Assembly: GCA_963664825.1 (NCBI GenBank)
Contig: OY761614.1
Span: 128,001 to 192,000, forward strand
Length of the DNA stretch: 64,000 bases
Reading direction: 5' to 3'
Source: an uncultured Holophaga sp.
GTDB lineage: Bacteria; Acidobacteriota; Holophagae; Holophagales; Holophagaceae
The notes under the pieces are model-generated. The model ran no database searches. It was not told the origin of the DNA and worked only from the letters and a program-made list of their open reading frames with translations. This document shows positions 29,881 to 39,299 of the stretch, piece after piece. A program made the position numbers and the translations under genes. The stretch's first letter is position 1. The number at the start of each line of letters is the position of its first letter.

Positions 29881-30658
29881 GGTCGCCTTTACATCTGCAA
29901 CCACGCATCCCCATCAGGCGGTGCATGAAGGCAGAAGCCCCGGGTTCACAGACCCAGTTCAGTCTTCCACATCGAAACTCCCCACCGGGATGTTGCCGCT
30001 ACCCGGCAGGATCAGGGATTCGAAGCGCCAGCGGCGCTCCTTATCCGTGCCTCCATCCAGGATCACTTCCATCTGCACCCTGCGGGGATGGGCGTCCTCC
30101 GGCGACCACCAGCGCGAGGGCGCACCCGCGTTCCAGCAAAGCGTGTAGGTGCCCGAAGTGGGGTGCGTCTTTGCGAAGTCCCGGAGGCCTGAAGTGAGTT
30201 TCCCGCCGGGTTCCAGCACCTCCAGGCCCCAGGAGGGCCACCGCACGTCCCTTTCCTGAGCGATCACGCGCAAGCGCGGGGCGCGGTCCCCGCACCACCA
30301 CGAGCGCACCTGGAACTGGCCCGTGGCGGGGTCGAGGAGCTCCAGGCGGTTCTCGCCCTGGACGGGATGGATCGGGAAACGCTGTTCGCGGTTCACCTCC
30401 AACTCCAACTCCTGCGCCTCGCCATTGAACCAGGCCTGGATGCGGCGTTCACGGGACGCCTCGGCCGCCTCCAACTCCCGACGTGCCTCCCCTTCCGCCT
30501 TCAGCCATCGCGAGGCGAAGGAGATCTCCGCAGCGGAAACAGGCCCTTTCTCCAAATCCCTGTCCCGGATCCAGGCCCGAACCTCCTCGCACCGCCGTTC
30601 CCCGATGCCCGGCGGGCCTTCGAAGCGTTCCCATGTGCGAAGACGGAGGGCTTCCTCC

Positions 30659-32286
30659 GTATCGATTCACCCCCCCATGCAGGTTCAACTCGTGATTGAG
30701 GGGGGGGGAATCACTGCAAGTGAATAATTTACTTGTACTTCGGTCTCAAACCAGTCAGATTCTAAAGGATGGAGCTTGATCCCGTTCTGACTGATCCGCG
30801 TTATCTGGCGCTGGCTGCCGAGAACGGGGAACTGCGTGCGGAAATGACTCGCCTGCGGGAGACGATGGAACGTCTGGAGAAGCTGCTGGAGTCCCTCCAG
30901 GAGCGGCTCGGGAAAGACAGTCGCAACAGCAGCAAGCCTCCCAGCTCGGACGGGCCCGCAGCACCGCCCAAACCACCGACTCCGCCCACGGGGCGCAAGC
31001 GCGGCGGCCAACCGGGACGAAAGGGGTCCGCTCGGGTGATGTTGCCGGAGGGCAGCGAGGATCGGACGGTGGCGGTGCCCCTCGCCTGCTGTCCCCACTG
31101 CCGCGGCGAGGTTCCTTCAGGGGCCATCACCGGGACGCGCCTGCACCGGGTGGTGGATCTGGCTCAGCGCCTCACAGAAGTCATCGCTTACGCGCTGGAG
31201 GAGGGCATCTGCCCGCATTGCCAGCGAAAGGTCCGAGCTGCGCTACCACCGGAGGCCGCGCCCGGCGGGATCGGCCCGCGCCTCCAGGCTGCGGCGGCCT
31301 ATCTGCGCACGGAGGGCCGCATGAGCCTGACGCCGCTCCAACGTTTCCTCTCGGAGGTGACGGGCGTAGCGGTCTCACGCGGTTGGCTGCATGAGAGCGG
31401 CGTGGCCCTCGGGAACCATCTGCTGCCCGCCTGGGAGGACCTCTCCCAGCAGATCCGTACGGCGGACGTGCTCAACCTCGACGAGACTGGCTTTGGGCGG
31501 AAGGATCGGGACTGGATCTGGGTGGCCCTTTCCGCCCGCACGGCCCTCTTCCACTTCAGCGACACCCGTGGGGCGAGGGCCCTGACCGCCATGCTTCCCG
31601 AGGATTTCAGCGGCATCATCGGAACGGACCGGTATGGCGCCTACAACGCCTTGAAATCTGCCGTTCGCCAGTTCTGTTGGGCTCATTTGCGCCGAGAGTT
31701 TATTGCTCTGAGCGAATCCCAGAAGCCCGAGGTGGCCGCGCTAGGGAAGCGCCTCCTGGCCGAGCAGGAGGAGATCTTTGCGCTGTGGCACGCCTTCCGG
31801 GCCGGCGAGATCAGCCGCAAGGGTCTGCGGGCCTGCACCGCCCTCAATCTGGCGCGGCTCAAACGCGGCCTGATCCAGGCCAGCACGATGGATCACAGGG
31901 CCGCCCGGAACCTCGGGAAGGACCTCCTCCGAAAATGGGACAAACTCTGGGTGTTCCTGAAGGTCGAAGGCGTGGAACCCACCAACAACGCCGCCGAACG
32001 CGCCCTGCGCCCCCTCGTGATCCTCAAGCGGATCTTCCAGCGGCTGCCCAGCGCGGACGGAAAACGATTCTTCGAACGGCTCTTGAGCCTGGGCACCACC
32101 GCCCGCATTCGCGGCGTCCCCTACTTCGACTGGCTGCTCAAGGCCCTCCACGCTGCCCAATCGAATCAGCCCCTACCGGCACTGGAACCGGCCTGAGGCT
32201 GGCAGGACAAGCGGTACATCACCAGCCCATCACGGGTGGCTGCCACCGGCCTACGCGGTCACAGGAACAAGGGGGTGAATCGATAC
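30659..32286 (+). mobile_element. Complete IS66-family insertion sequence (single-ORF, ISBst12-like), 1628 bp
   Basis: Terminal IR GTATCGATTCACCCCC / GGGGGTGAATCGATAC; 8-bp direct repeat CTTCCTCC at 30651-30658 and 32287-32294. Confidence 0.93.
30769..32196 (+). CDS. IS66-family transposase
   Basis: Coiled coil then KDSRNSSKPPSSD, RKRGGQPG, zinc-finger CPHC x2, DDE motifs LDETG, TDRYGAY and PTNNAAERALR. Confidence 0.95.
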   Translation: MELDPVLTDPRYLALAAENGELRAEMTRLRETMERLEKLLESLQERLGKDSRNSSKPPSSDGPAAPPKPPTPPTGRKRGGQPGRKGSARVMLPEGSEDRTVAVPLACCPHCRGEVPSGAITGTRLHRVVDLAQRLTEVIAYALEEGICPHCQRKVRAALPPEAAPGGIGPRLQAAAAYLRTEGRMSLTPLQRFLSEVTGVAVSRGWLHESGVALGNHLLPAWEDLSQQIRTADVLNLDETGFGRKDRDWIWVALSARTALFHFSDTRGARALTAMLPEDFSGIIGTDRYGAYNALKSAVRQFCWAHLRREFIALSESQKPEVAALGKRLLAEQEEIFALWHAFRAGEISRKGLRACTALNLARLKRGLIQASTMDHRAARNLGKDLLRKWDKLWVFLKVEGVEPTNNAAERALRPLVILKRIFQRLPSADGKRFFERLLSLGTTARIRGVPYFDWLLKALHAAQSNQPLPALEPA

Positions 32287-32546
32287 CTTCCTCCTCCTGT
32301 TTCCTCCGGGCCTGCCAGCGTTCCCAGTATTCCAGGCTGAGATCCGCGGGCGGCCTCGGATCCTTGGGATCAACGAGCCTCAGGGAGATTTCCTCGGGCC
32401 CTGCGGCGTTCCAGCCCCCCAAGGGCGTCAGGATCTCCAGGCGGCCATTCCTGGGATTCGCCTTCCAGAAGAAGGGGGACGAGGCCTGGCCTTGGCACGG
32501 CAGGGCCAGGAGCAGGCCGAGGGCCCAGATCCGGGGATGGCGCACG

Positions 32547-33410
32547 TTAGCTCTCGATGTCCACGGTGCCCAGTGTCGCGGATCCCGCGCCGGGCAGCAT
32601 CAGGCGCTCGAAGCGCCAGTGCCGCTCCCGGTCCGTGCCCCCATCGAGAATGGCCTCGACCACCACGCGGAAGGGCTTGCCGCCTCGGTATCCGCCGGTC
32701 CATCGCAGCGTGAAGGTACCGGCGGGCGGGTTCGGGTGGCTGTAATCGCTATTCCAGTCCAGGGTGCCACCGGAGGTCGTGCGCCGCCCGCGGACAGCCA
32801 GATCGCCATTGGGCTCCAGGATCTCCAGGCCGCCGCCCCATTCGTCGTCGTCCCCCCGGACGCGGAAGATCCGCAGCCGCGTGCGGTTTTGGAAGGTCCA
32901 CCAACTCCGCAGGAGGCGCACGCCTGAATCCGGCTCCAGGATCTCCAGGCGGTTCTCGCCGTTCTGGGAGGCCACGCTGAAATCGCAGCGATGGCCCACC
33001 TGCGCCTCCAGTGTGCTGGAGACGCCATTGAACCACACGAGCAGGCGGCGCTGCCTCCAGGCGTTGCGGCGCGTCATGTCCTCCCGATCCAGGCGCTCCC
33101 GTTTGAGCTGATCGGCACTCTTCGGGGTGCCCTCCTCGCCTTCGCTCTCGTCGAACTCGCTCTCGAAGCCGCTCCAGCGGGCCTCATCCTTGGGCGGATC
33201 GGGGTCCTTCGGATCCACTAGCTTGATGCGGAGTTCCTGCCTTCCTTCCGTCATCCATCCGCCCAGATCCGGCTGGACTTCCAGGCGCCACAGGGAGAGA
33301 TCCGGCGCGTAGATCGGCGCTTTCACTTTCGAAGCTGCGGCCTTCGGCTGCGCCGGGAGCGGAGAAGCGAGGAGCGCGACCACGCAAAGCATCGCTAGGT
33401 CGCACCTCAC
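32547..33410 (-). CDS. YfaP/MagF-like (DUF2135-like) exported protein
   Basis: Signal peptide; LVWFNGVS...GENRLEILEPD...RLRI...PAGTFTL...ILDGGTDRER resembles YfaP; directly downstream of the macroglobulin gene. Confidence 0.65.
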   Translation of the reverse strand: MRCDLAMLCVVALLASPLPAQPKAAASKVKAPIYAPDLSLWRLEVQPDLGGWMTEGRQELRIKLVDPKDPDPPKDEARWSGFESEFDESEGEEGTPKSADQLKRERLDREDMTRRNAWRQRRLLVWFNGVSSTLEAQVGHRCDFSVASQNGENRLEILEPDSGVRLLRSWWTFQNRTRLRIFRVRGDDDEWGGGLEILEPNGDLAVRGRRTTSGGTLDWNSDYSHPNPPAGTFTLRWTGGYRGGKPFRVVVEAILDGGTDRERHWRFERLMLPGAGSATLGTVDIES

Positions 33411-36400
33411 TTCCCACCCCCTTCCCTTACGGACAGCTCCAGGCCATCACAGGTAGCCCATTGGGTCTCGTTGGACATGAGGCTCAGCTTGGCGGGGCGG
33501 ATGCGGTAGGTGCCCGCCATGGCCGCCCGGAGCAGGATCCGCAGCGTCGGGTGTTCCCAAGGGTAGAGCTTCTGGAAGAAGAAGACGACCTTATCGGGGT
33601 GGACCTCGATGCGAGGCTTGGCCCAGCGGTCGCTGCTATCCCCTTCGGCGAAGGGCTTGCCTTCCAGGACGAAGCCCTCCAGCTTCACGGTGGGGTTGAG
33701 CCCGGCGGGAATAGGCACTTCCAATACCGCATAGTCCGCCACCTGGTTCGAGGCCACCCGCAGTTCCATCCAAGCCTCGTCGCCCACCTCCAGGGCTCCG
33801 GTCCACGGGTCGCGGATCCAACCCTGGCGGGCGTTTCCTGTCTGTTGGGGCGTCCTCAGCCGCCAGATTCGGCGGGAGACATCCATACGGAGGGCCGAAG
33901 ACGCATCGCCCTTCATGGGCGCCCGGGCGCTGCCCGGCACCTGGTAGGCGTAGGTCCAGACCAGGAGCCCCCGGCCCGAGGCCGTGAGGGTGACCGGGCA
34001 GGCCTCCCCCAGGACCTGGTAGCCCAGGCGGGGTTCCTTGGCATTCCAGCGCCGGAAGCTGGGCTTCTCAAGGTGTTTGAAGGACCAGGAAGCCCCGCCC
34101 TGGACGGCTGCGCTGAGATCCAGGCCACCCGCCCAGTCGAACTTCCTGGTTTTCGCTAGGTAGGGCAGCAGGGACACGGCCTGGGAGGTGCTCCAGGTGG
34201 AGCACCAGCCATAGCCCTGGTGCTGGGTGGCCAGGTAGGCCTCGGCCGAGGGAATGGCCGGGGACTGGGGCTTCAGCAGGCAGAGAGCCTTGAGGGCATG
34301 GATGGTGGGCACCACATCGCCGGAAGCATAGCCGTGCCAGTTCTCACGCGGGCCTTCCCAGTGCGTGAGGCCTCCCTTCTGGAGGGCCACCTGTTCCAGC
34401 CGGTTGGCCAGTTCCAGACCCTTGGCGTGGTGCGTCTCCCCAGCGGCCGTGGCGAGCATGGCCAGCACGTGAGATCCGGGCCAGGTTCCGTTTAGCGCCT
34501 TAGCGGCGCTGCTGTTGAGCATCCCCGCGATGGGCTCTCCCGTGGGCGCCAGGCACATCAGCAGGAAGGCCGCGTCGGCGGCGGGATCCAGGGATTCGCC
34601 GTGTTCGCCCTTCCCGGGCGGGGCGACCTTCCTCTCATCGGCGCGCCTAGCCAGTTCCCGGAAGAGATTCAGGGCCTGATGGCGGCCCCGGCGGTAGACG
34701 CCCTCGTCGACTTCATAGCCCAGGCGTTTCATGGCCGCCAGGCTCCAGATGGCGTAGCCCGTCGTGTGCGGGTTGGCCTCCAGGCCGAAATCGTTGGGCG
34801 CGTACCAGCCCCAGCCGCCGTTGGGCTGCTGGTAGCCGTAGACCCGGAACACGCCGTCCCGGATATTGCGGTCCAGGTTGGTCAGATCCTTCCATTCCAG
34901 AGGCGGCATGAGGCCGCGCTTCACGAGATCGGCCGCCAGCACGTTGGGCACAAAGCTCGAAAGCGTCTGCTCCACGCAGCCGTACGGGTATTCCACCAGG
35001 TAGCGCAAGGAGGGCGCCACCAGATGTTCCAGGCCGCCCACGGGCGTCACACTGAGGGAGGCGCCTCCCTTGGCACCCGCAGGGACGGGGATGGTCACGG
35101 AGGCCGAGGAGCCGCTGAGCGAGAGGTATCCGCTGACGGAAGCCGGGATCATCGCTTCCTGCACGGTCACGCTGCGCCGCTCGGCATCCTTCAGGCCTCC
35201 GCCCTCGACACGAGCCGTGATCGTGAGCTGCCCGATCTTATTGGAGAACAGCGGCAGTGCCAGGCGGTATTCGCCCTGGTCGGGAATGGAGAAGGCCATT
35301 TCCGTCGTGCCGCCGAGGCGGCCATTGTTCACTTCCACCTTCACCTTGCCCGTGAGGGCTTGGCCGGAGAGATTGCGCACCTGGGCGATGGCCCGGGCCT
35401 CCTCCCCCACGGAAAGCGTCCGCGGCAGCGTCAGGCTCACCTGGAGCGGCTTGGAGGATGGCCGTTGGGCGCGGCCCACGCCGAGCTTCGTGTCAGAGGT
35501 CACGGCGGTGGCCGTGGCCCTCCAGGCCGTGAGATTATCCGGCAGCACCAGCTCAACCGTGGCCTTGCCGTCGCTGCCAGCGGCCAGGAAGGGCGCCCAG
35601 TGGGCCGTGTCCTTGAAGTTCTGGCGCACCTTGTCGGCGTCGTCGCTCTTGAACTCGCCGCGCTTGGTCTGTTTCAGGCTCCACACGGGGCGCTGGCGGC
35701 GCAGGATATCCCAGAAGCTCCATTCGGTGCTGCCCGTGCGGATCACGCCGTGGCGCCTCGTGGGATGGAAGAAGCGCACGGGGTCCGGGTGCAGCTCGGC
35801 GGAAAGCGCGTAGATGGCCTCGTCCACCACGCCCACACTGAGATCGGCCGCCACGGGGCGGCCTTCAAAATCCCTCACCTGCACAGCCACCTTCATGGGC
35901 TGGCCGGGCTGGTAGCGTTCCCTATCGAGCTTTACATCCACCTGCAGGCGACGATCCATCTTGGGCACGCGGATGGGTACCTCCACCAGCTGGCGGCGGC
36001 CATCGGCCACGATCTGGAAGACGGCCCAGACATTGGGCTGCATGGAGGCCGTGACGGGGATCTCGATGAGGGCCGTCGTGCCCTGCACGGGCCGCGTCTC
36101 GCGCCTACCGAGGGCCTCGTTTTCCAGCGCCCAGTGGAGGGTTAGCTTCGGCTTGGGCAGGCGCACCAGGACGCGGGCCACGTCGCCCACCCGGTACTCG
36201 GCCTTGTCGGCGTTGGCGCGCAGATCGGGCACGGAGGGCAGCGGCGTGCCCTCGGAGGCCACGGTGATGAGGCGTTGGGCCGTGACGGGCCGCCCCTGGC
36301 TATCGCGGGTTTCCGCCATCACCAGGAAGAGACCTCCCTCATGAATCGTCAGGCTGGCCTTGGGACCCGCCACCGTGGCCAGCACCTCGCCAGGCTTAAG

Positions 36401-38200
36401 GGCCGTAGGCCGGGACCACCCGTAGGTGTCCTGCTTGTCGGCCACGATGCGCGTGGCCTTGAGCGTGATGGGCAGGCCCTTGATCTCCCGACCTTCCAGA
36501 TCCAGGGCCCGGGCCGTGGCCTGGAAGGGTTTGCCCGGGCTCGCCACGTTCCGGTCCGTGCCCACCAGGAGCACCAGGTCCCCGAGGCTCGCGCGCACCT
36601 GACAGGTGCCCGAATTTTGCTGGCCGCTGCCATCGGTCACCTTCACAACGAAGCGCCAGAGGCCTTCTTCCGCGGCCTTGAAGGAGGGACTATGGGCCTG
36701 ACCGGCATCATCGAGCTCCAGCTGGCCGCTCTCCATGAGTTCGGGGGCCGGGCCCTCGTCCTCGTCGCCGTCGTACCAGCCGTAAGGATTGCGCCTGGGC
36801 ACGACCTTGTAGAGAAACCATTCGGCCTTGGCCTTGCGCACAGCGGCGCCGTAGAAGTATTTGGCCTGGATGTGGAAGGCCAGGGCGTCGCCCAGGCCCA
36901 CCTTGGACCTGGGGGTAGTGGCCTCCATGGAGAAGGCGGGCTTCACGAAATGTTCCACCTTGAATTCGGCCTGGGCGGGCCCCGTGGGCCCCTGGAATTG
37001 AAAGCGGTAGAGCCCCAGGCGGCCGGTTCCTGGAAGGTGGACGCTGGCGCCGTAGGTGCCCGTCTCGGCGTTCAGGAGCCGGGCCTTGCCCTCGGCCACC
37101 TTCGTATCCTCGGGATCGAGCACCGTGAAGGGAAGTTCGAGAACGCCCTTCACCACCCGGTTTTCGCCATCCTCGACCGTGCGCAGGATGGCCTTGGCGA
37201 AGACATCCTGCCCAGGGCGATAGAGGGGCCGTTCCGTGAAGGCATAGAGCCGCTGGCGCACGCTGGCACTGCCCTGCCCCTCGATGGCGAGCAGCGCGAG
37301 GCTCGCCCCCGACTGGGCCACTACCACGCGGCGCATCCCAGGACTGGCGGGAGTCTCTGCCACACCTTCCGAGTTGAAGCTCAGGGGCTTTAGCGTGGCC
37401 CCCTCATAGAACTGCCCCGATACGCTCCCCCGCAGGGATCCGTCCAGGGCGTTCACAGCCTGCACCCGGAGGCGCGCGCCGTCCTGCTCCCCCAGCAGGG
37501 CCAGGTTCGTCACCAGCCAGGGCACATAGGCCGCCTCCTCCCCCCGAAGGACCTCCAGCAGGTACACGCCGGCCGCCTGGGCGGGCAGCTCCACACGACT
37601 GAGATGCCCGGGTTCGTCCTCGCTACCTTCTTCCTCTTCGCCGCCCTGCTTCCCGGCCTTCTTGGCCGTGATTTCTTCAGTCACCTTGGGCACGATCTCC
37701 GCGATGAAGGTCAGGCCCTTCTGGTCCCCCAGGGGCAGGGCCTCCCCCTCCCGAGGGTTGAGGACGCCTGAACGTCCCTGGTGGAGGCGATCCGTCTGCT
37801 TGGCCACGTCCCGCAGGGCGCGGGTGGCCGTGCGGTGGGCCGTCACGAAGGCCCGGCGCCCACCCCACAAGAAGGCTTCACGCAGGGTATCGAGAGGATC
37901 GCGCCCCCCGCGACCGCCTTCGAAGGCCGGATTGCCCGAGCCCTTGGCCAGGAGCTCCTTCAGGAAGGTCGCAGGATCCTCCAGACGGTGGATGCGTATG
38001 CGCACGTTGGTCGGAATGGGCCCCGCGGCCTCCAGGAAGGCCATGCGCCCCGGCAGCGTGGGCCGCGGCACGGCGAAGGCCCCTGTCCAGCCCCCTTCCC
38101 GCCAGGGAGCTTCCGAGCCCTTGGGCTGGGAGGTCCCCGTGATGGGCAGCAGCAGCGCCACGGGGAGCATGAGCGTGAGGAGGGATCTCAGCCAGCGCAT
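33407..38200 (-). CDS. Bacterial alpha-2-macroglobulin (YfaS/MagD-like) with an intact thioester motif
   Basis: FTERPLYRPGQ, VGVVDEAIYAL, VRQNFKDTAHW, LPDNLTAWRATA, YPYGCVEQT (CxEQ) and QQPNGGWGW; start MRWLR at 38200. Confidence 0.92.
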   Translation of the reverse strand: MRWLRSLLTLMLPVALLLPITGTSQPKGSEAPWREGGWTGAFAVPRPTLPGRMAFLEAAGPIPTNVRIRIHRLEDPATFLKELLAKGSGNPAFEGGRGGRDPLDTLREAFLWGGRRAFVTAHRTATRALRDVAKQTDRLHQGRSGVLNPREGEALPLGDQKGLTFIAEIVPKVTEEITAKKAGKQGGEEEEGSEDEPGHLSRVELPAQAAGVYLLEVLRGEEAAYVPWLVTNLALLGEQDGARLRVQAVNALDGSLRGSVSGQFYEGATLKPLSFNSEGVAETPASPGMRRVVVAQSGASLALLAIEGQGSASVRQRLYAFTERPLYRPGQDVFAKAILRTVEDGENRVVKGVLELPFTVLDPEDTKVAEGKARLLNAETGTYGASVHLPGTGRLGLYRFQFQGPTGPAQAEFKVEHFVKPAFSMEATTPRSKVGLGDALAFHIQAKYFYGAAVRKAKAEWFLYKVVPRRNPYGWYDGDEDEGPAPELMESGQLELDDAGQAHSPSFKAAEEGLWRFVVKVTDGSGQQNSGTCQVRASLGDLVLLVGTDRNVASPGKPFQATARALDLEGREIKGLPITLKATRIVADKQDTYGWSRPTALKPGEVLATVAGPKASLTIHEGGLFLVMAETRDSQGRPVTAQRLITVASEGTPLPSVPDLRANADKAEYRVGDVARVLVRLPKPKLTLHWALENEALGRRETRPVQGTTALIEIPVTASMQPNVWAVFQIVADGRRQLVEVPIRVPKMDRRLQVDVKLDRERYQPGQPMKVAVQVRDFEGRPVAADLSVGVVDEAIYALSAELHPDPVRFFHPTRRHGVIRTGSTEWSFWDILRRQRPVWSLKQTKRGEFKSDDADKVRQNFKDTAHWAPFLAAGSDGKATVELVLPDNLTAWRATATAVTSDTKLGVGRAQRPSSKPLQVSLTLPRTLSVGEEARAIAQVRNLSGQALTGKVKVEVNNGRLGGTTEMAFSIPDQGEYRLALPLFSNKIGQLTITARVEGGGLKDAERRSVTVQEAMIPASVSGYLSLSGSSASVTIPVPAGAKGGASLSVTPVGGLEHLVAPSLRYLVEYPYGCVEQTLSSFVPNVLAADLVKRGLMPPLEWKDLTNLDRNIRDGVFRVYGYQQPNGGWGWYAPNDFGLEANPHTTGYAIWSLAAMKRLGYEVDEGVYRRGRHQALNLFRELARRADERKVAPPGKGEHGESLDPAADAAFLLMCLAPTGEPIAGMLNSSAAKALNGTWPGSHVLAMLATAAGETHHAKGLELANRLEQVALQKGGLTHWEGPRENWHGYASGDVVPTIHALKALCLLKPQSPAIPSAEAYLATQHQGYGWCSTWSTSQAVSLLPYLAKTRKFDWAGGLDLSAAVQGGASWSFKHLEKPSFRRWNAKEPRLGYQVLGEACPVTLTASGRGLLVWTYAYQVPGSARAPMKGDASSALRMDVSRRIWRLRTPQQTGNARQGWIRDPWTGALEVGDEAWMELRVASNQVADYAVLEVPIPAGLNPTVKLEGFVLEGKPFAEGDSSDRWAKPRIEVHPDKVVFFFQKLYPWEHPTLRILLRAAMAGTYRIRPAKLSLMSNETQWATCDGLELSVREGGGK

Positions 38201-38201
38201 A

Positions 38202-39299
38202 TCAGAGCCTTGAGGAGAGGAAAACCGATGGGGGCAAAGGGAAATACTGCGACTGCGGGGAGCAGGCGGTCCCCGCTTCCAGGGACGTTGCGTACGGGCT
38301 CTGCCCGGACACAACGTGGGGGTCAGAGGGGGGACGTAGCGACCGCAGGGCGCAGGCGGTCCCCCCTCTCAGCGTGGTCTCGGCCAGCACCTTCCAGCGG
38401 AAGACGCCCAGGAATGCGGGATTTTCCGGCAGGGGACGGAATTCGGGATCGGGGTGGTGCATCAATTCATCGAGGCGCACCCGGCGAATCTCCCCCTCGG
38501 AGCGGGTGGCGCCGCTCCCCTCGGGACCCGTGTGGTAGAGCAGCATGGGCTGCCCGTCTGGATCGGGGCGCACGAAGGCCATGGCATGGTCCGGCTGGGA
38601 GTGAGCTCCGCCCCGGGCGAAGAAGAGGAGATCTCCGGGCCGGGCGTCCAGGACCTCCCGCCCCAGGGGGACGCAGGCAAGGCGGCGCAGGAAAGTGCCC
38701 CGGGCAAAGGGGTTCCAACCGTCCTCCGTGGGGAAGGCGAAGCGCCAGGGCCCTGCCATGGACAGGCTGGGATCTCCTGAAACGGAAGATCCAGGGAAGG
38801 CCACGCGGTCCCGCCAGGCCTCCGTGTGGGGTCCCCAGGCCTCATGAAAGGCGAAGCGCAGGAGCCCTGCGCAATCCCGTTGAGCGGGCTCCCAGGCGGG
38901 GCTAGGCCCCTCCAACTGCTGCTCCAGGATGGCCACGAACCACTTCCGAAAGGCCTCCCGGTCTCCTTGCTCCAAACCAGAAGAGGCGGCGCCCCCTCCC
39001 GTGGAAGAAATGGACAGAACGTGTCGGAACCGCGGCCAGGCCTGAACGATCACCCTGGCATCCTGAAGGAGAGCCAGGAAGAAACCCTCCCGGGCGCTGC
39101 CCCAGGCCTCGCAGCCCTGCACCCTCGCGCCCCAGGCGGGACGGCGCAGACCCAGCAGGGAACGGCTCTCGAGCGCCACATGTTGAACGGGGTTGCCCTC
39201 GCTGCGCTCGACCCAGGCGCGATGGCGCAAGGGCACGAGGAGTCCGAAGGCCGCCAGCAGGGCCGCGCCGCTCGCGGTGAGTATATGGACGGCCCTCAT
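38202..39299 (-). CDS. YfaT-like DUF1175 protein with a C-terminal extension read through a palindromic element
   Basis: [36 protein letters not shown] and [16 protein letters not shown]. Confidence 0.82.
   Translation of the reverse strand: MRAVHILTASGAALLAAFGLLVPLRHRAWVERSEGNPVQHVALESRSLLGLRRPAWGARVQGCEAWGSAREGFFLALLQDARVIVQAWPRFRHVLSISSTGGGAASSGLEQGDREAFRKWFVAILEQQLEGPSPAWEPAQRDCAGLLRFAFHEAWGPHTEAWRDRVAFPGSSVSGDPSLSMAGPWRFAFPTEDGWNPFARGTFLRRLACVPLGREVLDARPGDLLFFARGGAHSQPDHAMAFVRPDPDGQPMLLYHTGPEGSGATRSEGEIRRVRLDELMHHPDPEFRPLPENPAFLGVFRWKVLAETTLRGGTACALRSLRPPSDPHVVSGQSPYATSLEAGTACSPQSQYFPLPPSVFLSSRL
38245..38370. repeat. REP-like composite palindromic element
   Basis: Two related units, GCGACTGCGGGGAGCAGGCGGTCCCC and GCGACCGCAGGGCGCAGGCGGTCCCC; hairpins ACGTTG..CGGGC-TCT-GCCCG..CAACGT and AGAGGGGGGA..TCCCCCCTCT. 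Confidence 0.6.

Larger units (their letters stand above)
29959..32545 (-). pseudogene. YfaP/MagF-like (DUF2135-like) gene interrupted by IS66; fragments 32287-32545 and 29959-30650
   Basis: Removing the IS and one TSD copy joins ...RRKQEEE to ALRLRTWERF...DLEKGPVS in frame (951 nt, 316 aa); clear paralog of 32547-33410 (LVDPKDP, WFNG, GENRLE, ILDGGTD.ER.WRFE). Confidence 0.88.

Noticed and set aside
30692..30714. G9 tract inside a GTGATT..AATCAC hairpin as a phase-variation switch
   Set aside because: Lies in the IS left end outside any ORF; no evidence of length variation
32219..32545. 108-aa ORF as an independent gene
   Set aside because: It is the 5' half of the IS-split gene reading into the IS end
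38245..38370. Possible group II intron domain V/VI remnant
   Set aside because: No convincing catalytic triad or DV hairpin pattern; a REP-like reading fits better
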